Origin: an uncultured Myxococcales bacterium
GTDB lineage: Bacteria > Myxococcota > UBA4151
Length of the DNA: 16,095 nt
Direction of reading: 5' to 3'
NCBI GenBank assembly: GCA_964013405.1
Contig: CAXGWI010000079.1
Span: 1 to 16,095, forward strand
This document shows, in pieces, positions 15,697 to 16,095 of the stretch. The number at the start of each line of letters is the position of its first letter. Position 1 is the stretch's first letter. The notes under the pieces are model-generated. The model made no database searches. It saw nothing but the letters and a program-made list of their open reading frames with translations, and was not told where the DNA came from. The position numbers and the translations under genes are program-made.

Positions 15697-16095
15697 TCTC
15701 TCAAGATTCGTGTGTGCGTTCGCCCTCCTGTTCGCGGCCAGCAGCGCCCAAGCCCGCCCCATGGTCTACGACGGCTACCTCACCGACTTGAACGACCAAC
15801 CGGTGGAAGCGGTGGTGAACCTGCGGGTTGCCCTCTATGGCGAGCAGCTCGGTGGCGACCCGTTATGGGAAGAGCTGCTCAGCGAGATCAGCGTGCGCAA
15901 CGGCGTCTTCAGCGCTGCCTTGGGCACCATCACCCCCTTTCCCGCCGGTCTCTTTGCCCGCCGTGATCTCTACTTGGGGCTCTCCGTGGACGGGGGCGAG
16001 TCTTTATCTCCAGTGGGTTTTCCTATCAGCGCTACACTTACGCTCAACGCAATGTGGGTGGCCAATTCTACTGTGAGTTGCTCATGGGCGAGGGT
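15686..16095 (+). CDS. Secreted/surface protein N-terminal part (partial; missing from the ORF track)
   Basis: GAGGAGG RBS (15674-15680) and GTG 15686 overlapping the previous stop. It reads MPHNLSRFVCAFALLFAASSAQA|RPMVYDGYLTDLNDQPVEAVVNLRVALYGEQLGGDPLWEE...VRNGVFSAALG...LYLGLSVDGGESLSP, resembling the N-terminal module of bacterial tail-fibre-like/adhesin proteins. The frame is open to the window edge. Confidence 0.8.
   Translation, partial: MPHNLSRFVCAFALLFAASSAQARPMVYDGYLTDLNDQPVEAVVNLRVALYGEQLGGDPLWEELLSEISVRNGVFSAALGTITPFPAGLFARRDLYLGLSVDGGESLSPVGFPISATLTLNAMWVANSTVSCSWAR

Overview
GC-rich, gene-dense bacterial chromosomal segment, most likely from a myxobacterium (Myxococcota). The evidence for this is a MYXO-CTERM-like sorting tail, Myxococcus-type Cys-rich CGDG...CDDGN repeats and many Cys-rich lipoproteins. 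Left to right: the 3' stub of an upstream gene; a minus-strand pair (SpoIID/LytB-type peptidoglycan lytic enzyme coupled to the sirtuin CobB); divergent ispG; a five-gene plus-strand envelope operon (3088-7501) with six CxxC motifs; a minus-strand Fe(III)-type ABC transporter (FbpA/B/C-like); a fusion of a 5-hmdU DNA kinase helical (aGPT-Pplase1) domain to a P-loop NTPase; a small beta-barrel gene split by one in-frame TAG; a GH5 endoglycoceramidase-like lipoprotein; a Cys-rich-repeat/TSP3 lipoprotein; and the start of a secreted protein running off the edge. The envelope operon includes a selenoprotein-P-like/Kazal lipoprotein and an outer-membrane barrel fused to thioredoxin. The best candidates for new biology are this CxxC operon, the orphan DNA-hypermodification-type kinase fusion, and a permease insert that reads on the opposite strand as a His-rich tandem repeat. 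All family assignments come from motif recognition by eye; no searches were run. No rRNA, tRNA, CRISPR array or transposase was recognised.
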